The notes below the pieces were generated by a model. That model was not told the origin of the DNA. It did no database searches and saw only the letters and a list, made by a program, of their open reading frames with translations. Below are positions 9,409 through 20,118 of a DNA stretch of 53,276 nt, piece after piece. The DNA lies in IMG/VR virus record IMGVR_UViG_3300041809_003414, positions 1 to 53,276 of that record; one strand, given 5' to 3'. Position 1 is the stretch's first letter. Every line of letters starts with the position of its first letter. Origin of the DNA: a virus (taxonomy: Duplodnaviria; Caudoviricetes). The position numbers and the translations under genes were made by a program.

Positions 9409-12400
9409 TGTGCGGGCGCTTTCAGATAGAGCGTTCCTCGCGCCGGACTCATATCGCTGAGCAGCCAGTATGCGCCGGAGGGGCTGATGACCTTCACGTA
9501 ATTGATATCGGGTGAATTTTTGTGGCCGTAGAAGTTTTGATTGGGCACCTGCCCGGGCTGCTGGAGCGTGTACACGAGGCACCCGGGCATTGAGACGGTC
9601 GCATTCGCGGCGTGCTGGGCCTGCGCGGTGCCCAGTTGCCCGGGCATGACGGTAAGGTTCGGGGTGCCGGTGCCCGCCGTCACCAGGAACGACTCGCTGT
9701 CAATCGTAAGGTAGGTGCCGTTCGGTTCCGTGTAGTTGGAATTCAGTATCATCGCTGTCGCACCCGCCGCGATACCGGCGCTCAGCTGGCTCGTGGTGCC
9801 GGTGACTTGCGAAGTGTCGAACTGCACGGTGCAGTGTTTCGCCAGCTGCGTCGTGCTTTGGGTAACGGTAACCGTCCCGAGCGTGCCGTAGATCCAGTCC
9901 TCGCGGACCGGGGCGCTTCCGTCGTCGGGCGATTCATTGCCGTTCACGTCTACCGTGAAGCCCGCGATCAGCATGGGCTGCAGGATGAAATTCTGGGTCG
10001 GGAGCGAAAGTGTGGTGGGCGTGGCTGGCGAGGCGTTGCCCGCCGCGCTCGAATCGGCTTGATTGGCCCAACTCGGCCCCTCGACGATCCAGACGGTCGT
10101 GATATCCATCAGCAGAGGCGGCTGGAAGGTAAGCTGGGTCCCCGTGTTCGCGGTGATAGTGGAGGGCGGCTGGTTGCGCCCGGTGCCCTGGATAATCCGG
10201 ATCAGATTCCCGACCTCGGCCCCCGGCTTCATGCCACCGTAGCCGTTGGTGATGTTCTGACAGCCGGTATCGGTTACCTGGGTTACTAGTGTTGGGTTCG
10301 CTGTTAAGGAGGTGCCGACGAACCGGATAACTACCGCATCGCCAATGAGCAGGATGCCTGTCGGGTCGCGGTCGACCGTCATGGCGCCGGTAGTCTTATT
10401 AAACGCCGTGATATTGAAGCTCGCGAACGGCGTCTTTCCATTAGGTCGTCCTATCGCGGAGAGGATGCGGCCGGTAGGATCGAAGGTTCCGGCCGGGTCC
10501 ACCATCCAGGCACAGATGACCGTGTTAGCCGACAAGCCGGTCACCCCAATTCCGGCCACGCCGGAGTGCACCAGCAGCTTTGCCTTCACTCGCACCCGGC
10601 TCACGTACGGCGTCGGCATCGCCCAGGTAGATCGCGCCACTGGCCCGGCAAACGAGATGGAAGCCGGGCCGTACGTCGTGCCACCGCCGGCCGGTGTGAG
10701 CGTGCCCGTGATCTGCTCGCAGATCAGATCGTCTTCGACGCCGATGAAAAGCACGAAGCTCGCCAGGCCGGTGACCGCCGGCCACGTGATGTTGTTCAAC
10801 GTGAAGCTGTCGGTACCGAGGATGCCGGTGCCGAGAACCGCGATGTTCGAGGGCACTGATGGCAGGCCGTTGGCGTCGAGCGCGCAGATCGACAGGTAAA
10901 GCGTCGCGCAGGGCGGAACCGATCCGCCCGCCGAGGACTGCGCAACAGGTCCGATGGCCGGAGCGCCCGCGCCGGTGGGGCTGAACTGCGTTACCGGGAG
11001 CTTGCCGGTAATCAGCATCACAGCCTGCTGGCTGCCGTCCGAAAGGGTGTTGTACTCCTGGTCAGAATCGAAGGTCCACTCGCCGGGGAACAGCGCGTCG
11101 TTCACAGCCGCCTGGATCTGGTACGGAGCCCACGCCGGGCCGAACGGGATCGGGTAGAAGATCGGTGGCGGTGGCGCGGGCGCGACGTCGGTTGGCTTCG
11201 GGCCGATATCGAGGTCGTACATCGATTGGGTGACTGTCTGGCCTTCGATCTGGACCGACCAGTCTTTCTTCAGCGTCCACCGCTGGATGCGGAAGCACAT
11301 CGTGATGACCTGGAAACTAAGGCCGGTCCCGCTCGGCGGCGCCGGGTTCGTCGTGATGGTGGTGCCGTCGCTTGCGACGGCCGTAATCATTACCTGCTCG
11401 CCGCCGATAAGGACTTCCTTGTCGATCAGTTCGGTGTCGCCGTTGGCTGTGCCCGCGTATGTCCAAGGGTCCCCGCTCACCCAGGTCGCGGTGGCGTCGG
11501 TCACATTGCACGTGCCGCGTGCGCCGGGGATATCGGGATGCGTCATCGAGACGACCTGCCCGATCTCGTTGTTGAGCCCGAGCAGCGTCGTCTGCCACAC
11601 GGCGTTCCGTGCGTTCCGCCACTCCATCGGCGTGACACCGCCGCACTCCTCGCGCGTGCGGGTGGCTGCGATCCGCAGCCCTTGGCTCAACGTCGAAATG
11701 CCGACCGAGTGCATTTGGCTCGTAAGAGGCGAGCCCGAGCGCCCGTAGTAAGCCGCGTGGCTCTTGTCGGAGTACTCGGCGGTGTTGGCCTGATATTGAT
11801 AGGCCACGTCCGCGTAGGAGATCACGAGATGCTCGAAGGCTGCGGTGATCGGCGTGAGCCGGAGAGACTGGAACAGGATGTTCGCGATGGTGTACGCGTC
11901 AACCGCGCTCGCGTTGATGCGGATACCGAGCTTGAGCTGGCCGAACTCCCACGCGTAGAAGCCGAGGCAGCAGTTCAAGACCTCCGTTAGCCAATCGCGG
12001 AAAGGCTTTTGGCTTGAAATCACGCCTTGGAATTGGAACTGCGTCTCGTTGCCGGTGCCGAGGATCGCTGGCACTTGAGTGGCGGCGATATCGGCAGCGC
12101 CCGTTCCCTGGCTATTCGTGAGCGATGACAGCACGAACATACTCAACTGCTCGGTGGGATTGTCGAGCGTGGGCATGCTGTTGCCCGGCAACGGGCCGTT
12201 CTGGATGGGGTCGAGGTAGTAAGCGAACCAATCGTATTTGCCCTTGCCCGTAAAGGTCATGCTGCCGACCGTCAACGTGGCACCGGGCCTCATCCGGTCC
12301 TCGACGGACGCGACCAGCGCCTTCTCGGCGTTACCGGTCGGATTATTGCCGGCGATCACCACGCACGCCTGCACGTACGCGTTCCAAACTGTGTTGAAGT

Positions 12401-14528
12401 TTGCGATGAACGTCACCTGGTTGGCGGTCGTCTGATAAATCGGCGCGAGCGCCTGCCAGGCGGAAAGGCTCTGCTGCAGCAGTGTTTCTGCCTGATTCGC
12501 TGCGTTGCTCATCGGGACGCTGAATTCGTTCCCGACGAACGCGCTGCCGATCAAGGCGACAAGTCCTGCGACCAGCATCATCCCGTCCATCAATGCCCAA
12601 CCGGAGATAAGCAGCCCAAGCGAAACCCACGTGCCCACCGTGGAACCTACGAAGCTGAAGAAACTACTCGGCGGAAGGGTGACCACGATGGACTGCGTGG
12701 TGATCGGTGGCGCGATGCCGTGCGAGAGGCCGGTGGCGCGCAGCAGCATGTTGACGCAAATCCAGAACGGGTTGATCAGGCCCATGACCGACGAGCGGTC
12801 GCCCTTCGCGTCCCAGATGTATCCAGTGAGCCCGTAATCGATGGGCACAGTCATGCTGTGCTGATCCGGCGTCGACGGCTGGATGGTGCTCGACTTGGTG
12901 ATACGCAACTCGCACAGCGCCACTCCCGCCGCGTAGTTGTTCGGCTCCCAAACCTGGGGAGTACCCTGTCCGAGCGAGAAGTAATCCGTCGCCGGGTTCA
13001 CTGGATCGTTGCCGAGGACCTGCCGCAAGCCCATGCCGGGCTGGTTCTTCGTGATATTGAGGTTTCCGTTGACCTTGAAGCCCTGCCACGTGTATCCGTC
13101 GACCATCGGCGAAACCACATAGCGGTAGCCATCGGCGTTCTGCACCACGCACGACTGCGTATAGCCGCCAATCGGCCCGGCTCCCACGATGCCCAGCGAA
13201 TCGGCATACGTCGATTCGTCGCGATATGACACCATCAGAGCGTTCGCCATGAACGCATAAAGCGGGTTCCCGCCGCTGTTGCACCAGATTTCCGGCAGGG
13301 CCATGCCCCAGATCGTTTCCGAGATGATCGAGGTCGCGGTGACCACGTTGCGCCCGAACCCGATAAAGCCGGTAGAGTCGTCCAGGATCGTGACGCCCTG
13401 CGGATCGGCCTGCTGCCCGCCGAAGTAAGCCATCATGCCGTGGACCTGGCAGCCGTTCGCCGATTCGAGGTAATAGTCGCAACTGGTCGGATCGCCGCCC
13501 GCCGCCGTGACTGCCGCCGCGCTCGCGCCCCGCGTCGCCCAAGGGCACCAGACGCCGTCGTTGTAGTTCTTCCAGCACATCCGGCTCGCCTGCCGCTCCG
13601 GGTACTGGTTCATGATCTGGAAGAACCCGTCCGAGCACGACAGGCTGAAGGTCGGTGTTCCATCGCTAACAAAGCTCTGGATAACGCCCTTCCAGATTTG
13701 GATGATGGTGCCCGAGTTGACGTGGTAAGCGCAGAAATCGATGGCGGCGTATTTGAGGTCGGTATCGTTCCCGAGCGCGGTCATCACGCGGTCCGCGTTG
13801 CCGAATTCGAAGCGCACGTTGTCGGAGGACCCCTTGATGTCCTGCGAGATCAGGGTGTCGGAGCCCCGCTCGCCGATCCCGATCAACCGGGGAATGTAAA
13901 GTTGGGAGCTTGCGTGCCAGCCAAGTGCGGCGGCGCTCGCTCCACCGGCTGCGTCCGTGAGCGTCAACCGTCGGTCGGACAACCAGATGTCCGGCACGGC
14001 AGTTTCACGCACGCGGATGTGCACGAGCGGGATGATTTCCTGAACTTCCGAAAGCAGCGCCGCGGAGAGCGCACTCGAGGGAAAGCGCAGACAGGTGGAA
14101 TTGACCGGATAGGTTGGCGCCTCGGTCGGATCAACGACTTCGATGAAGTTCAATCCGACTTGGCAGGCGTTGCGGAGGTACTGAAAGGAGATGGGCGTCT
14201 GCTCAAACGTCACCAGAACTGCGCTAGTAGTCCCATCGGGGTTGGGGACAGTGTAGGTAAACGCCTCCCAGGGCCCTTGCATCGACTCCCAGAAATCGCG
14301 GAGTGCGTGCAACTCGGTCCAGCCGAGGTTGGGGCGCGCGAATTGAAACTTGCGGGGTCCGATGCCGGCGTAATATCGCTGCTCCTGCTTGGCGTCCACG
14401 CTGCCGAAGCGATGGACGATCACCTGGCGATCGACGGAGAATCCGAGGGGGTACTGCGTGGTGAGTGGAAAAGTCTGGCCGGAGTTGATCACCGTGGAGA
14501 CGGGAATACGGCCGATGGTGTCGGACAT
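9405..14528 (-). CDS. Large tail tip / hub protein (gpM/gpL/gpJ-like fusion)
   Basis: 1707 aa downstream of tape measure; N-terminal distal-tail-like domain, Cys motif (CWK..CPW..CD..C) as in gpL-type proteins, NPFWIC and phage-tail_3-like segment. Confidence 0.8.
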   Translation of the reverse strand: MSDTIGRIPVSTVINSGQTFPLTTQYPLGFSVDRQVIVHRFGSVDAKQEQRYYAGIGPRKFQFARPNLGWTELHALRDFWESMQGPWEAFTYTVPNPDGTTSAVLVTFEQTPISFQYLRNACQVGLNFIEVVDPTEAPTYPVNSTCLRFPSSALSAALLSEVQEIIPLVHIRVRETAVPDIWLSDRRLTLTDAAGGASAAALGWHASSQLYIPRLIGIGERGSDTLISQDIKGSSDNVRFEFGNADRVMTALGNDTDLKYAAIDFCAYHVNSGTIIQIWKGVIQSFVSDGTPTFSLSCSDGFFQIMNQYPERQASRMCWKNYNDGVWCPWATRGASAAAVTAAGGDPTSCDYYLESANGCQVHGMMAYFGGQQADPQGVTILDDSTGFIGFGRNVVTATSIISETIWGMALPEIWCNSGGNPLYAFMANALMVSYRDESTYADSLGIVGAGPIGGYTQSCVVQNADGYRYVVSPMVDGYTWQGFKVNGNLNITKNQPGMGLRQVLGNDPVNPATDYFSLGQGTPQVWEPNNYAAGVALCELRITKSSTIQPSTPDQHSMTVPIDYGLTGYIWDAKGDRSSVMGLINPFWICVNMLLRATGLSHGIAPPITTQSIVVTLPPSSFFSFVGSTVGTWVSLGLLISGWALMDGMMLVAGLVALIGSAFVGNEFSVPMSNAANQAETLLQQSLSAWQALAPIYQTTANQVTFIANFNTVWNAYVQACVVIAGNNPTGNAEKALVASVEDRMRPGATLTVGSMTFTGKGKYDWFAYYLDPIQNGPLPGNSMPTLDNPTEQLSMFVLSSLTNSQGTGAADIAATQVPAILGTGNETQFQFQGVISSQKPFRDWLTEVLNCCLGFYAWEFGQLKLGIRINASAVDAYTIANILFQSLRLTPITAAFEHLVISYADVAYQYQANTAEYSDKSHAAYYGRSGSPLTSQMHSVGISTLSQGLRIAATRTREECGGVTPMEWRNARNAVWQTTLLGLNNEIGQVVSMTHPDIPGARGTCNVTDATATWVSGDPWTYAGTANGDTELIDKEVLIGGEQVMITAVASDGTTITTNPAPPSGTGLSFQVITMCFRIQRWTLKKDWSVQIEGQTVTQSMYDLDIGPKPTDVAPAPPPPIFYPIPFGPAWAPYQIQAAVNDALFPGEWTFDSDQEYNTLSDGSQQAVMLITGKLPVTQFSPTGAGAPAIGPVAQSSAGGSVPPCATLYLSICALDANGLPSVPSNIAVLGTGILGTDSFTLNNITWPAVTGLASFVLFIGVEDDLICEQITGTLTPAGGGTTYGPASISFAGPVARSTWAMPTPYVSRVRVKAKLLVHSGVAGIGVTGLSANTVICAWMVDPAGTFDPTGRILSAIGRPNGKTPFASFNITAFNKTTGAMTVDRDPTGILLIGDAVVIRFVGTSLTANPTLVTQVTDTGCQNITNGYGGMKPGAEVGNLIRIIQGTGRNQPPSTITANTGTQLTFQPPLLMDITTVWIVEGPSWANQADSSAAGNASPATPTTLSLPTQNFILQPMLIAGFTVDVNGNESPDDGSAPVREDWIYGTLGTVTVTQSTTQLAKHCTVQFDTSQVTGTTSQLSAGIAAGATAMILNSNYTEPNGTYLTIDSESFLVTAGTGTPNLTVMPGQLGTAQAQHAANATVSMPGCLVYTLQQPGQVPNQNFYGHKNSPDINYVKVISPSGAYWLLSDMSPARGTLYLKAPAQ

Positions 14529-14783
14529 GGGGTTCGGGAGAGAGGTCCGCGAACAAGCGCGGGGCCGGTTCTAACGAATGCTTCACCCGCAACTGAGGGT
14601 TGCTGCCGGTGTGCCGGTATTTCTTTTCAGGGGCGACTCACCCGCGAGCGCCAATAGCGGGTGTGCCGAAACCAATCTGCCGATGCGCGGATTGCAGATT
14701 GCAATAAACTTGGCGAGCCTTCGTTCCATTCCTTCAGTGGTGACAAGCCGGGCTGTTTTGGTACGATCTTCGTTTCAAACCGA

Positions 14784-14981
14784 ATGGAGTGTGAAGAGAA
14801 GGCCAGACTCATTGAGGAGCATAGCCGGGTCGCACTGGCCTACTCCCGCGCCGCAAGGGCGCTGAGAGGCAAAACAGGAACACGGTCTGCCGAAGATCAA
14901 CAAGCGCTTGATGAAGCGCGGATTAAATCCCAGGACGCGCGTGCGGCCGTCAAGCGCCACATCGCCGAGCACGGCTGTTAG
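14784..14981 (+). CDS. Small helical hypothetical protein (moron), CEEK...EHGC type
   Basis: ATG 14784, 65 aa, opposite strand inside tail operon; similar to 34394..34663. Confidence 0.65.
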   Translation: MECEEKARLIEEHSRVALAYSRAARALRGKTGTRSAEDQQALDEARIKSQDARAAVKRHIAEHGC

Positions 14982-15072
14982 CCGCGCTTCTTCGTCGCGA
15001 TCCGCTTAGCCTCCCTCTCCCGGTGGCACTGTTCCCCAACTGGTTTGGCGAGTGCTACGATTGCTACGGTAC

Positions 15073-15345
15073 ATGAAAATGGCACATGCGATGCCAAGTT
15101 GGTTTGGATTCCTGACATTAGAAGCTGATCTCGCGATGACCTTTATCGACTGCGCAAGACTTCACACCAACCCCGGAGAATCCGCCAACTCTGTCGAAAA
15201 TGCGCGCAAGGCTCTTGCGGAAATACAGCGCAGCCTGGTGAAGCCTAGCGCGCGTGGGCTCAGCATGAATGAAGTATCGTATTTGGAGCAAAGGTCTGGG
15301 GAAATTGAATCGGCATTGGTAGCGCTGACAAGAAATCAAAACTGA
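15073..15345 (+). CDS. Small helical hypothetical protein (moron)
   Basis: ORF in a lower-GC insert on the opposite strand; helical bundle pattern FLTLEADLAMTF...ARKALAEI; start uncertain. Confidence 0.55.
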   Translation: MKMAHAMPSWFGFLTLEADLAMTFIDCARLHTNPGESANSVENARKALAEIQRSLVKPSARGLSMNEVSYLEQRSGEIESALVALTRNQN

Positions 15346-15476
15346 CCCACCACCAGAAATGATAATAAAGACCCGTGGCTTGGCGTTTTGTAGTCCCACG
15401 GCGCACGATGCAAATCCCCCACAACCCTCCACCTGGTAGAGCAACCCTGCCGATTCGGAAAAAACTGGAGCATTCC

Positions 15477-15893
15477 TTATGCCACCTCGATCAACTCCAA
15501 TCCCTGCAGGTTTGTCCTTGCGAGATCGGTCGATTGTGCCCAGTTGCCACGGAACACCACCGTTACCCGTCCCTGCGTGTTGGCGCCAGTCGGATCGTAA
15601 TTACTACCGATCTGCTGGCCGACGCCAACGTCGAAGGGATCGTAGAACGAAAACGGCGTCAGCCCGCCATCTTGCGACACCCAAAAGTTGTATAGCGCAG
15701 AGAGCGCCGATGCGTTCAGGCGCTTGTTGAGCCGGAACGAGCGGCGCGAGGTCTGCGCGAGCTGCGACCGCTGGACCGTGCCATCGTGAAACTGGTTCTG
15801 AAGTTGGGCATACTCGCGCAACTCCGTAAAGGCGGTACACAACGAGGCGGGCATCACTCCGTTCGGTTCGGCCTGTACGAGATTACCTGGCAT
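15477..15893 (-). CDS. Minor tail protein (distal tail, lambda gpM-like)
   Basis: Directly after tape measure; F.DG..QR...LYNFW...G..PFSFYDP...V.F motif. Confidence 0.75.
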   Translation of the reverse strand: MPGNLVQAEPNGVMPASLCTAFTELREYAQLQNQFHDGTVQRSQLAQTSRRSFRLNKRLNASALSALYNFWVSQDGGLTPFSFYDPFDVGVGQQIGSNYDPTGANTQGRVTVVFRGNWAQSTDLARTNLQGLELIEVA

Positions 15894-15897
15894 CAGA

Positions 15898-18800
15898 TTA
15901 GGCCACCATTAGACCCGGCACCTGCAGGTTGGCGGATTGCTGGGTCCGTCCGTAGCTCGCATTTTGGGCAGCCAGCGATTGGTCAGCGACGAAGTCCGCT
16001 GTGATCGGCTGCCCGTTGATGTTGAGCGACAGGTACGTCGAGCCCGTGCCGCTCGAAGTGTTGGGACCCGGAGTGGTCGGATACGCTGAGCCTCCAAGCC
16101 CGCCGAGCACCGGAAGATCCGACTGGTAACTGTGCCAGGCGTTGTTCTGGAAACTTGCCTGCTGGTAGAGGTTCCCGCCCGACTCCACGAGGCTCCCGGC
16201 GTATGGTGTCGAAGCCGAAAGCGGCATCTTCTGACCGGTGGCTTCCGAATAGAGCATCACCAGTTGCCGGACCTTGGGCGACCGAACCGCCACGGCGATA
16301 TCGTTACCGAACTCGGACTGCGCGATGCTGACTACCTGCTTGATGGTCCCGCTGTTTTGCGGGATGTCGACGCCATAGATGCTCTTGATGTCGTCGTGAG
16401 CTTTCTTCTGCGGCGACTCGATACCGGCGAGTTTCTCGCCAATGCCGATGCCGGCGCCAGCCACGCCGCCGATCAGCGCTCCAATCGGCCCGCCCATCTG
16501 GAAGCCTATGGCAGCACCTCCCACGGCGCCCATCCCGACTCCAGCCCAAGTACCTTGATGCGAACCTAGCAGGCCGCTCTCCGCCAGCATCATCCCAGCG
16601 GCACCGACCGCCGGAGACTTGGCCACCGCACCCAACCCGCTCACGAAGTCGCTGTTGCCCGAGTCCTGAAGTGAGGTGAATTCCTTCTGGCTCCAGACCG
16701 AGCTTTTGAGGTTCGCGAGGATCTGCGAGCCGCCGCCAGGACCCTGGAGCTTGCCCCCTGCCGCCATCTGAATCATCTGCGACAGGCTGTCCTGGTTCAT
16801 CGGCAGATTGGCCATCGCCGCCATACCGAACGAGCCGTTCGGTCCGGTCTGGCTGATCGGCGCACTCATAGCGAGCATCTGCGCGAGGCGGTCGTGGTTC
16901 AGGGGCAGGTTAGCAAGGTCGGAGAAACTAGGCCCAGCCGCCACCGCGACGCTCCCCGCGCCACCGCCACCAACGCTGCCGCCCCCACCGGTCCGCGTCG
17001 GGATCGAGACGGCGGGCGCGGAGATGCTGGGCAGGGAGACGCCGGGCAAGCCGGTGGCCGAGGGAACCGGTGGAGCCGACACGCCCATTGCGCCAGCGAG
17101 CACGGCGGTCATCGCCGCGATATGCGCCGTGTTCTGTATGGTCGCGGCCGTATTCTGGTCGGTCGAGACCTTGACCGGATCGCTCGGCTTGCCTCCGCCA
17201 AATAGGCCCTTGAAAATGCCGGCGATGCCGCCCTTCCCGTCGTCGCCGTAGATCACTGGATGGAGGACGTTCGCGGTAATACCGCTCACGCCTTCAACCA
17301 CCGGCTTGAGTACTTCCTGGTGAATCGTTTTCGCGAGATCTTTACCGAAATCCTTAGGCTTTGTGAACAGCGTGTTGTACAGCTTTTCCGCGACCTTCTC
17401 GATGGACTTCTCCTGCTGGTCGAGCATCTGCTGCGCTTCCTGGTCCGCTTTCTTCCGGACCTCGGCCACCTTCTCTTCCCACTGGTATCGGAGCTCGCCG
17501 ACAGCGTTCGCCGCTTGCTTCTCTGCGACTGCCCGTTCCTCGATGGCCTCGAGCGGGTTGGTCGACAGATTGCTGAAACTCGCCTGACGCTTCTGCTGAA
17601 TCTCCGTAAGATCCAACGCCTGCTGCGCTTTGAGGATCGCGAGCGGATCATCCCCGGTAATCGTGATCATCCGCTTCTGGTGCGCAATGGCTTGGCTCTC
17701 ACCAGTATCCCGGAGCTTCACCCATTCGGCTGCAAGCTTGGCCACCGCTTTGCTCTGCTCTTCCAGCTTCCTGGTGCCCTCGGCGATATCTTCGCGGAAC
17801 GCCGCGCCTGACGCTTTCGCGGATTTGTCCTTCAGTTCCTCCCATCGCCGCGATTGCTCGTTGAGTTCTTTCGATGTCCGCTCCTGCTCTGAGTTGTATT
17901 CCTTCAGCCACTTTGCGTCGTAAACCTGCTTGAGCAGTTCGACCAGCGGACCAGCCTTTCCTTTGAATTTCTCCAGTGCTTCGTTGATGGCTTCCTGCCG
18001 CTCCGCCGTAATTACTGCAAAGCGATCGTTAGAGGTCCCGGCCAGTTCACGCCGGGCCTGGCGCATGGCCGCCTCGAAACCGCTATCGCCGGTGCTGGTG
18101 GGTGGTTCTCCCAGCGGCGGATGCGGCTGTGGCTTGTTGGTGACAGCGTCGAGCGCCTCCTTCACGTACTGAAGTTGCGACGCAGCTTGGCCGTACTGCT
18201 GAGCATTGGAGCTCAACTTCCCATACGGAAGATTGAGCCCGAAATATGCTCCGACCCCCGCCACCCCCACCTTCAGCCAATCTGTTACGCCGGGCTTGTA
18301 CTGGTTCATCTGCGCTTGTAGGCTGGCCATCTGCGCCTGAAGCGCGGGCACGCCCTGGGCCTCGAGCGAGGAAACGCGCGCGGCGTGCTGCTGTTGCTCG
18401 GCTTGAGACGCCTTGGTGGGCGCCGGCGGTCGCGACGCGATCTTATCCAGGACCCATCCAAACGCGCTGGCCAGATCGACGAGCATCGCTTTCACGGACC
18501 GAACCGCGGACTCCCACTTCATTTCGAACTCGACAGCCTTCTGGTTGAGTTCTTCGTACTTCTTGACGTCGGCCTCGGTGATGCCAAAGCCCAGTTGCTT
18601 AGCGCGGTCGACGCGCTCGCGCAAACCATCCATCACGGGGATGGCTTCGATGCCGGCGCGTTTGAAGAAGTCCATCGCGACCCGTGTCCGGTCAAATCCG
18701 GGCGGCAGTCCTTCCAGGCCCTTGGCCACCTGCAGGAGCACCTGCGAGGTGGGCTCCGTGCCAGTACGTACCGCACGGATGTCCACGCCAAAGCGAGTAA

Positions 18801-19524
18801 GCCACTGGCGGGCCTTCTCGCCTTCTTTCCCGTTGTCCTCAACGGCGCCCGTCAATCCACGCATCAACCGCTCGAAGATGGAAACGTCCTCGCCCACCGC
18901 GCGGGCGGCAAATCCGAATTGCCCGACCTCTTTCGCAGTCAATCCGGTGCGGAGTTCTGCATCCTTCACCCGGACGCCGTATTCGCCGAGGCTCTTGACC
19001 GCATCCCAAGTAGCGACGGCGAAGCCGGCAATCGCGGTGGCGCCGGCTGCCAGCCCCACTCCGAGAGGGCCAATCTTCGTGAGCAACGATCCCACGGCGC
19101 TGCCAGCGCCTTGGACAGGGCTCTCAATCGATTGTGCGACGCGCTCACCGAAGGTTTGGACGGACCGGGCCTGCTTTTCCAGTACCGCCTCGACATCGAC
19201 TCTTTTTTGAGTTTCGATCATCCGCTCGTAAGAGCGAGTGATGGCATCGATGGCCGCCGGCTCCTTGGCGTACCGCTGAAGGAGGCTGTCCCGCTGCGCG
19301 ATCAGACGGTCGACACCGCTCTTACCGTAGGTCTCAGCCTGCTTTTCCAGCGAGGCGATCAGCCGTTGGATCGACGATCGGGTCTGGTCGGTGATCCGGA
19401 TGACCTTGCCGTGGGACGACTCCGCTTTCTTCTCGAAGGAATCAAGACCAGCGTTGGCCTTGTTCACTACCGGAGTGACTTCGTCCTCGGCTTCGAGAAT
19501 TACGCGTTCTGCTTGATCGCCCAT
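15898..19524 (-). CDS. Tail tape measure protein
   Basis: About 1208 aa helical, A/G-rich, with hydrophobic GAxIG repeats; position after tail chaperones. Confidence 0.88.
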   Translation of the reverse strand: MGDQAERVILEAEDEVTPVVNKANAGLDSFEKKAESSHGKVIRITDQTRSSIQRLIASLEKQAETYGKSGVDRLIAQRDSLLQRYAKEPAAIDAITRSYERMIETQKRVDVEAVLEKQARSVQTFGERVAQSIESPVQGAGSAVGSLLTKIGPLGVGLAAGATAIAGFAVATWDAVKSLGEYGVRVKDAELRTGLTAKEVGQFGFAARAVGEDVSIFERLMRGLTGAVEDNGKEGEKARQWLTRFGVDIRAVRTGTEPTSQVLLQVAKGLEGLPPGFDRTRVAMDFFKRAGIEAIPVMDGLRERVDRAKQLGFGITEADVKKYEELNQKAVEFEMKWESAVRSVKAMLVDLASAFGWVLDKIASRPPAPTKASQAEQQQHAARVSSLEAQGVPALQAQMASLQAQMNQYKPGVTDWLKVGVAGVGAYFGLNLPYGKLSSNAQQYGQAASQLQYVKEALDAVTNKPQPHPPLGEPPTSTGDSGFEAAMRQARRELAGTSNDRFAVITAERQEAINEALEKFKGKAGPLVELLKQVYDAKWLKEYNSEQERTSKELNEQSRRWEELKDKSAKASGAAFREDIAEGTRKLEEQSKAVAKLAAEWVKLRDTGESQAIAHQKRMITITGDDPLAILKAQQALDLTEIQQKRQASFSNLSTNPLEAIEERAVAEKQAANAVGELRYQWEEKVAEVRKKADQEAQQMLDQQEKSIEKVAEKLYNTLFTKPKDFGKDLAKTIHQEVLKPVVEGVSGITANVLHPVIYGDDGKGGIAGIFKGLFGGGKPSDPVKVSTDQNTAATIQNTAHIAAMTAVLAGAMGVSAPPVPSATGLPGVSLPSISAPAVSIPTRTGGGGSVGGGGAGSVAVAAGPSFSDLANLPLNHDRLAQMLAMSAPISQTGPNGSFGMAAMANLPMNQDSLSQMIQMAAGGKLQGPGGGSQILANLKSSVWSQKEFTSLQDSGNSDFVSGLGAVAKSPAVGAAGMMLAESGLLGSHQGTWAGVGMGAVGGAAIGFQMGGPIGALIGGVAGAGIGIGEKLAGIESPQKKAHDDIKSIYGVDIPQNSGTIKQVVSIAQSEFGNDIAVAVRSPKVRQLVMLYSEATGQKMPLSASTPYAGSLVESGGNLYQQASFQNNAWHSYQSDLPVLGGLGGSAYPTTPGPNTSSGTGSTYLSLNINGQPITADFVADQSLAAQNASYGRTQQSANLQVPGLMVA

Positions 19525-19525
19525 A

Positions 19526-20053
19526 TCACGCTGCCCGTCTGAGCCCCGAGAAATACAACGCCGCGCCATACTGCCGATAGGCGGTCAACTCCGTGCCTCC
19601 GGCCAGAACCACGAGAGGCCTGTAGTTGATCATTGCCGCGACGACCACGGCGCGATCGCGCGGCGACACTCCCCACTGGTGCTCGCGCTGATTGTTGTAA
19701 AAGGCGATCTGCGAGGCTGTTTGGCTCCGGCCAGGAAATGCCTCATCGAGGAAGCCGATGACGGCACGGTTCTCGTTTACGGTAAGCACCTTGAGGCACC
19801 GCAGAGTGTGACCGCTCCAGGTCCAGTCGCGAATGGGCTGGAGCCCGCGCGCCGCCTTGAAGTCGGGATAACCGCGCCGGCCAGGGAGTCCAGGCTTCAG
19901 TGGCGCCGCCGCCTGGTCGTAGATGTTCTGGCCGCTCTGGATACGGGCTCGAATGACCTCGGCCAGCAAATCACCGAAGCCAAGCATCTCATCGGAGGTG
20001 TAGGGCGAATAGACAAAGCGGGCGTGGCGGATGACAGTTTGGAAGCGTGACAT
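19526..20053 (-). CDS. Hypothetical phage protein (possible tail completion / morphogenesis)
   Basis: Basic 175 aa ORF ending 1 nt before the tape measure start. Confidence 0.6.
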   Translation of the reverse strand: MSRFQTVIRHARFVYSPYTSDEMLGFGDLLAEVIRARIQSGQNIYDQAAAPLKPGLPGRRGYPDFKAARGLQPIRDWTWSGHTLRCLKVLTVNENRAVIGFLDEAFPGRSQTASQIAFYNNQREHQWGVSPRDRAVVVAAMINYRPLVVLAGGTELTAYRQYGAALYFSGLRRAA

Positions 20054-20118
20054 TCTGGCAACTCAGGCGGCTGGTGAAGTTGTGGTGATCACAGAGGTCC
20101 GGTTACGATGGATCATTC

